From NCBI GenBank assembly GCA_945947155.1, contig CAMEXM010000001.1:4465-68464 (forward strand): a stretch of DNA of 64,000 nucleotides. Direction: 5' to 3'. Below, one piece after another: positions 60,834 to 64,000 of the stretch. Positions within the stretch are counted from its first letter, which is position 1, and each line of letters begins with the position of its first letter. The DNA comes from Polynucleobacter meluiroseus. Lineage in GTDB: Bacteria; Pseudomonadota; Gammaproteobacteria; Burkholderiales; Burkholderiaceae. The notes under the pieces were generated by a model. It saw only the letters and a program-made list of their open reading frames with translations, was not told the origin of the DNA and searched no databases. The translations under genes and the position numbers were made by a program.

Positions 60834-62098
60834 ATCGACCTGGACAATCCCTGCTATCGCGATTAAGTTTTTCACGCTCTGCCGATCGACATTTAAGCCA
60901 ATCGGTTCCGCTGGCAGCAAGAACCTTTCTAGCCTTATTGAGCAATGTTAAATCCGGGCATTTAGCACTCACTTTGCCGGACGGCAGAACAGAATATTTT
61001 GGCTCTGCCAGTGATGACTTACACGCTGACTTGCATATCCTCGATTGGGATGTTTTTAAAGACGTACTGAAGCATGGGGATATTGGTTTTGCGGAAAGCT
61101 ATATTCGCGGCCAATGGAACACGAGCAACTTAAAGGCCATATTAGAGATAGCAATTCGAAATCGGACTCTCCTCGAAAAAGCAATCTATGGCAGTTGGTT
61201 TGGCTCCGTGTTCTACCGCCTTAAACATCGGATGCGCAACAATTCAAAATCGGGTAGCCGCAAAAACATTCACGCGCATTATGACTTGGGTAATCCCTTC
61301 TATTCTTTGTGGCTCGATCCCAGCATGACTTATTCCAGTGCATGGTTTAGTGGCGATCTTCAGCTCCCGTTAGCCGAGGCGCAATCGAATAAGTACCGCC
61401 GCATTCTGTCCTCCATCGATGCCACTCCAGGAAAACGCATTCTTGAAATTGGCTGTGGCTGGGGTGGCTTTATTGAAGAAGCGGCACAAGCAGGCTGTCA
61501 CGTGACTGGACTTACGCTATCCCGAGAACAGCAGAAATTTGCCGAGGAGCGCCTTGCACAACAAGGCCTTGTTTCTGAAATTCGGTTTCAGGACTATCGC
61601 GACTGCAAAGAGCAATTCGATGGCATTGCCTCAATCGAGATGTTTGAGGCCGTTGGTGAAAACCATTGGGAGCAGTATTTCAAGACAATTGCATCATCCC
61701 TCAAGCGGGGTAGAAAAGCGTGCATCCAAACCATTGTGATTGCAGAAGAATTATTTGAGCGCTACCGAAGTAGCACGGACTTTATTCAGCAATACGTTTT
61801 CCCAGGCGGTATGTTGCCGTCCAAGTCGGTCTTTAAAGAATATGCGGCTCGAGCCGGTTTGCGCGTTGATGACGAATTTGCATTTGGTACTGATTATGCA
61901 AAAACGCTGTGCATTTGGTATGCGTCGTTTAATAACCAACTTGAACGGGTTAGCCAACTGGGATTTGATGAGGCCTTTATCCGGCTCTGGAATTTTTACC
62001 TGATGTACTGCGCTGCAGGATTTTCAGAGCGCAATATCGATGTGGTGCAATTCACACTCACTCACGATCACAGCAGCGGAGATAGCTTACGTCCATGA
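60830..62098 (+). CDS. Cyclopropane-fatty-acyl-phospholipid synthase-family SAM methyltransferase
   Basis: CMAS family: HYDLGNPFY, SAM motif ILEIGCGWGG, SIEMFEAVG, and FIRLWNFYLMYCAAGF. Confidence 0.9.
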   Translation: MNRPGQSLLSRLSFSRSADRHLSQSVPLAARTFLALLSNVKSGHLALTLPDGRTEYFGSASDDLHADLHILDWDVFKDVLKHGDIGFAESYIRGQWNTSNLKAILEIAIRNRTLLEKAIYGSWFGSVFYRLKHRMRNNSKSGSRKNIHAHYDLGNPFYSLWLDPSMTYSSAWFSGDLQLPLAEAQSNKYRRILSSIDATPGKRILEIGCGWGGFIEEAAQAGCHVTGLTLSREQQKFAEERLAQQGLVSEIRFQDYRDCKEQFDGIASIEMFEAVGENHWEQYFKTIASSLKRGRKACIQTIVIAEELFERYRSSTDFIQQYVFPGGMLPSKSVFKEYAARAGLRVDDEFAFGTDYAKTLCIWYASFNNQLERVSQLGFDEAFIRLWNFYLMYCAAGFSERNIDVVQFTLTHDHSSGDSLRP

Positions 62099-62871
62099 AA
62101 CAAATTGGCATGCAGGATTTTTCCGGAAAGCGTGTATGGGTTATTGGCGCAAGCAGCGGAATTGGTGAGGCCTGTGCCATTGCTCTGTTGGCAGCGGGTG
62201 CGTCGGTTGCGCTGTCTGGCCGTCGCCTGCAAAATCTTCAAACGGTTGCCCAGCATGGTAGTCCCAGCCAAAGCCTGGTATTGCCTTTAGATGTAACCGA
62301 GCCCAAGGCAATTCAAGAGGCCTATCAAAACCTCATGCGCGAATGGGGCCGGCTCGATCTATTGTTATTTGTTTCTGGTATTTACATACCGCTGCGTGCC
62401 GATAACTTTGAAATGGAGTCGGCAGAGAAAACCATCAATGCCAATGTATTGGGTCCGATGCGTGCCGTTGCTGCAGTCTTGCCCAATATGCTCGAGCGGC
62501 ACAGCGGTCATGTCGCTATTGTAGGAAGCGTAGCTGGCTACAGCGGTCTACCTAAGGCTTTAGCCTATGGTCCCAGCAAAGCTGCCATGATTAATTTTTG
62601 CGAAACCCTCTTTTATGACTTACAGCCTCAGGGCATTGGGGTGCACATGATATCTCCGGGCTTTGTAAAGACCGAGGCTACTGCGCAAAATGACTTTGAA
62701 ATGCCCGCCTTAATTAGCTCAGAAGAAGCAGCCAAACACATTTTAAATGGCATCCGTGACGGTGAGTTTGATATCCATTTTCCAAAACGGTTTTCTGGAT
62801 TCTTAAAGTTTTTACGCTTACTGCCTTATCCCATTTACTTCTGGATATTGCGGCGTTTTGTCAAAATTTAA
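62095..62871 (+). CDS. Short-chain dehydrogenase/reductase
   Basis: VIGASSGIGEA cofactor motif and the catalytic YGPSKAA. Confidence 0.9.
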   Translation: MKQIGMQDFSGKRVWVIGASSGIGEACAIALLAAGASVALSGRRLQNLQTVAQHGSPSQSLVLPLDVTEPKAIQEAYQNLMREWGRLDLLLFVSGIYIPLRADNFEMESAEKTINANVLGPMRAVAAVLPNMLERHSGHVAIVGSVAGYSGLPKALAYGPSKAAMINFCETLFYDLQPQGIGVHMISPGFVKTEATAQNDFEMPALISSEEAAKHILNGIRDGEFDIHFPKRFSGFLKFLRLLPYPIYFWILRRFVKI

Positions 62872-62894
62872 CGCCGAACACAGTACACCGTCGT

Positions 62895-63551
62895 TTATTT
62901 GTAATTCTCTTTTCTGACTTTATCGACCAAGTGATCCATCACTGCGATGGCTTTTGCGCGAGTACCGGCAATCGAGGGTGAAGTAATGTACTTTCCTTGA
63001 ATCGCTACGGTGGGAACGCCATCAATGCGGTAAGCATCACCCAGTTGCCGCGCGGCCCTTGCTTTTGAAACAACCGCAAACGAACGGTATGCGGCCAAGA
63101 ATGCATTGCGATCGACGCCCTGACTAGCAACCCAATCCGCGATGTCATTCTCATTCAGAAGGCGTTTGTTTTCTCGATGCATGGCAAACATGACTTTGGA
63201 ATTCAGATTACTTTTGCCCAAGGCTTCGAGCGCATAAAACAGCTGGCTGTGCGGCATTAACTCTTCGCGAAAGGCAATCGGCACTTGACGAAATACCACA
63301 TCTTTTGCTTGGCGCTTTTCCCATGCCATGATTTCGGGATCAAAATCAAAGCAGTGCGGACATCCATACCAAAAGAATTCAATAACCTCTACCTTGCCTT
63401 TGGTGTCGAGCGGCTGAGCCACCGGCAGGATACGGTAATCAAATCCAGGCTCAATCTTTGCAGACCCTTGGGCATGCGAAACGGGCATGAAACAGCTTAT
63501 GACAAATAGAGTGCCCAGCACGAGTTGAATTAACCGAGAAAATGATTTCAT
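62895..63551 (-). CDS. dsbA: Thiol:disulfide interchange protein DsbA
   Basis: Signal peptide, FFWYGCPHCFDF active site, and cis-Pro GVPT. Confidence 0.94.
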   Translation of the reverse strand: MKSFSRLIQLVLGTLFVISCFMPVSHAQGSAKIEPGFDYRILPVAQPLDTKGKVEVIEFFWYGCPHCFDFDPEIMAWEKRQAKDVVFRQVPIAFREELMPHSQLFYALEALGKSNLNSKVMFAMHRENKRLLNENDIADWVASQGVDRNAFLAAYRSFAVVSKARAARQLGDAYRIDGVPTVAIQGKYITSPSIAGTRAKAIAVMDHLVDKVRKENYK

Positions 63552-64000
63552 TATTTATTCACCTTAATGACGGCCGGCTTTATGCCCATGCCGGTTAACT
63601 TGCTGCGCACGATACCGCTGTCATCGACATTAGCAAAGGGACCAATACGAACCCGCCAGACCGATTTTCCATCAATCAGCCCTTCGGTAATTTGAGATTG
63701 CATACCCTGCATGGCTAAGCTGGCTTTCTGCGCGTCTGCTTCGGATTGACTTACAAAAGCGCCGGTTTGAACAAAAAAGACGACCTCTGTCTTGGCATCC
63801 GCCTTTGCGCTGGCCGCAGCGTCTGCTGCTGATTTACCGGTCGCAATGTCGGCAATTGGATCGGCACTGCTGTTGGGGACGGCTGGGGACTTGCCCTGCA
63901 GTGGCTTGTTTAAATCAATTTGGGTTGCCGGCTTTTCTTCTTCATTAACCACCGCTTCTACTGGCGCAGCTGGTTTAATGGACAAAGGAAGATTAAGGGC
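63551..64000 (-). CDS. SPOR-domain protein, N-terminus beyond window edge
   Basis: The frame stays open to nt 64000. The linker is low-complexity Ala/Pro/Lys-rich. The C-terminal SPOR-like domain reads FFVQTGAFVSQSEADAQKASLAMQG...WRVRIGPFANVDD. Confidence 0.8.
   Translation of the reverse strand, partial: ALNLPLSIKPAAPVEAVVNEEEKPATQIDLNKPLQGKSPAVPNSSADPIADIATGKSAADAAASAKADAKTEVVFFVQTGAFVSQSEADAQKASLAMQGMQSQITEGLIDGKSVWRVRIGPFANVDDSGIVRSKLTGMGIKPAVIKVNK

Overview
This window looks like compact core chromosome from a streamlined, moderately AT-rich betaproteobacterium. Gene order matches Burkholderiaceae almost gene for gene, and a Polynucleobacter-like organism is my guess from synteny and composition, not from a search. 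About 75 densely packed genes are present, many with 1-4 nt stop/start overlaps.

Gene content, in order:
- uvrA (5'-truncated) and a CPA2/KefB-type antiporter.
- kdsD-kdsC-lptC-lptA-lptB followed directly by hpf-ptsN-hprK-rapZ.
- mutY and mutM, a TPR protein fused to a LolB domain, ispE, tRNA-Gln, prs, rplY, pth.
- fdx/coaD/rsmD, two M16 peptidases, ftsY, rpoH.
- A complete aa3-type cytochrome c oxidase structural and assembly cluster: coxB, ctaD, a 36-aa ORF, ctaG, DUF2970, coxC, DUF2909, SURF1, a SCO-like hypothetical, ctaA, ctaB, SCO1.
- comF, trmL, gpsA, secB, grxC, a rhodanese, gpmA, ctpA, moeB.
- A permease-less PTS (EIIA-Man, HPr, EI), gshB, gshA, amtB, glnK, a TorF-type porin.
- ubiK, an MFS transporter, a lipoprotein, lipA, lipB, ybeD.
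- birA-coaX and rfaE domain II.
- An FeS-type (6-4) photolyase/cryptochrome next to gpx, an FAD amine-oxidase-like gene, DUF1365, a cfa-like methyltransferase and an SDR.
- dsbA and a SPOR protein truncated at the window end.

I see no CRISPR array, transposase, integrase, phage genes, toxin-antitoxin pair or obvious defence island, and no large unexplained intergenic space. I cannot honestly point to a clearly novel system.

The observations most worth a second look are:
1. rpoN is absent from its canonical slot between lptB and hpf.
2. A single ORF fuses a TPR protein to a LolB-like domain.
3. A light/oxidative-stress gene neighbourhood resembles the furan-fatty-acid (UfaD/UfaO/UfaM) pathway and sits beside an FeS photolyase.
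4. A degenerate SCO/thioredoxin-like membrane protein of unknown role lies inside the cox assembly cluster.
5. A 36-codon ORF between ctaD and ctaG falls below the ORF-track cutoff.
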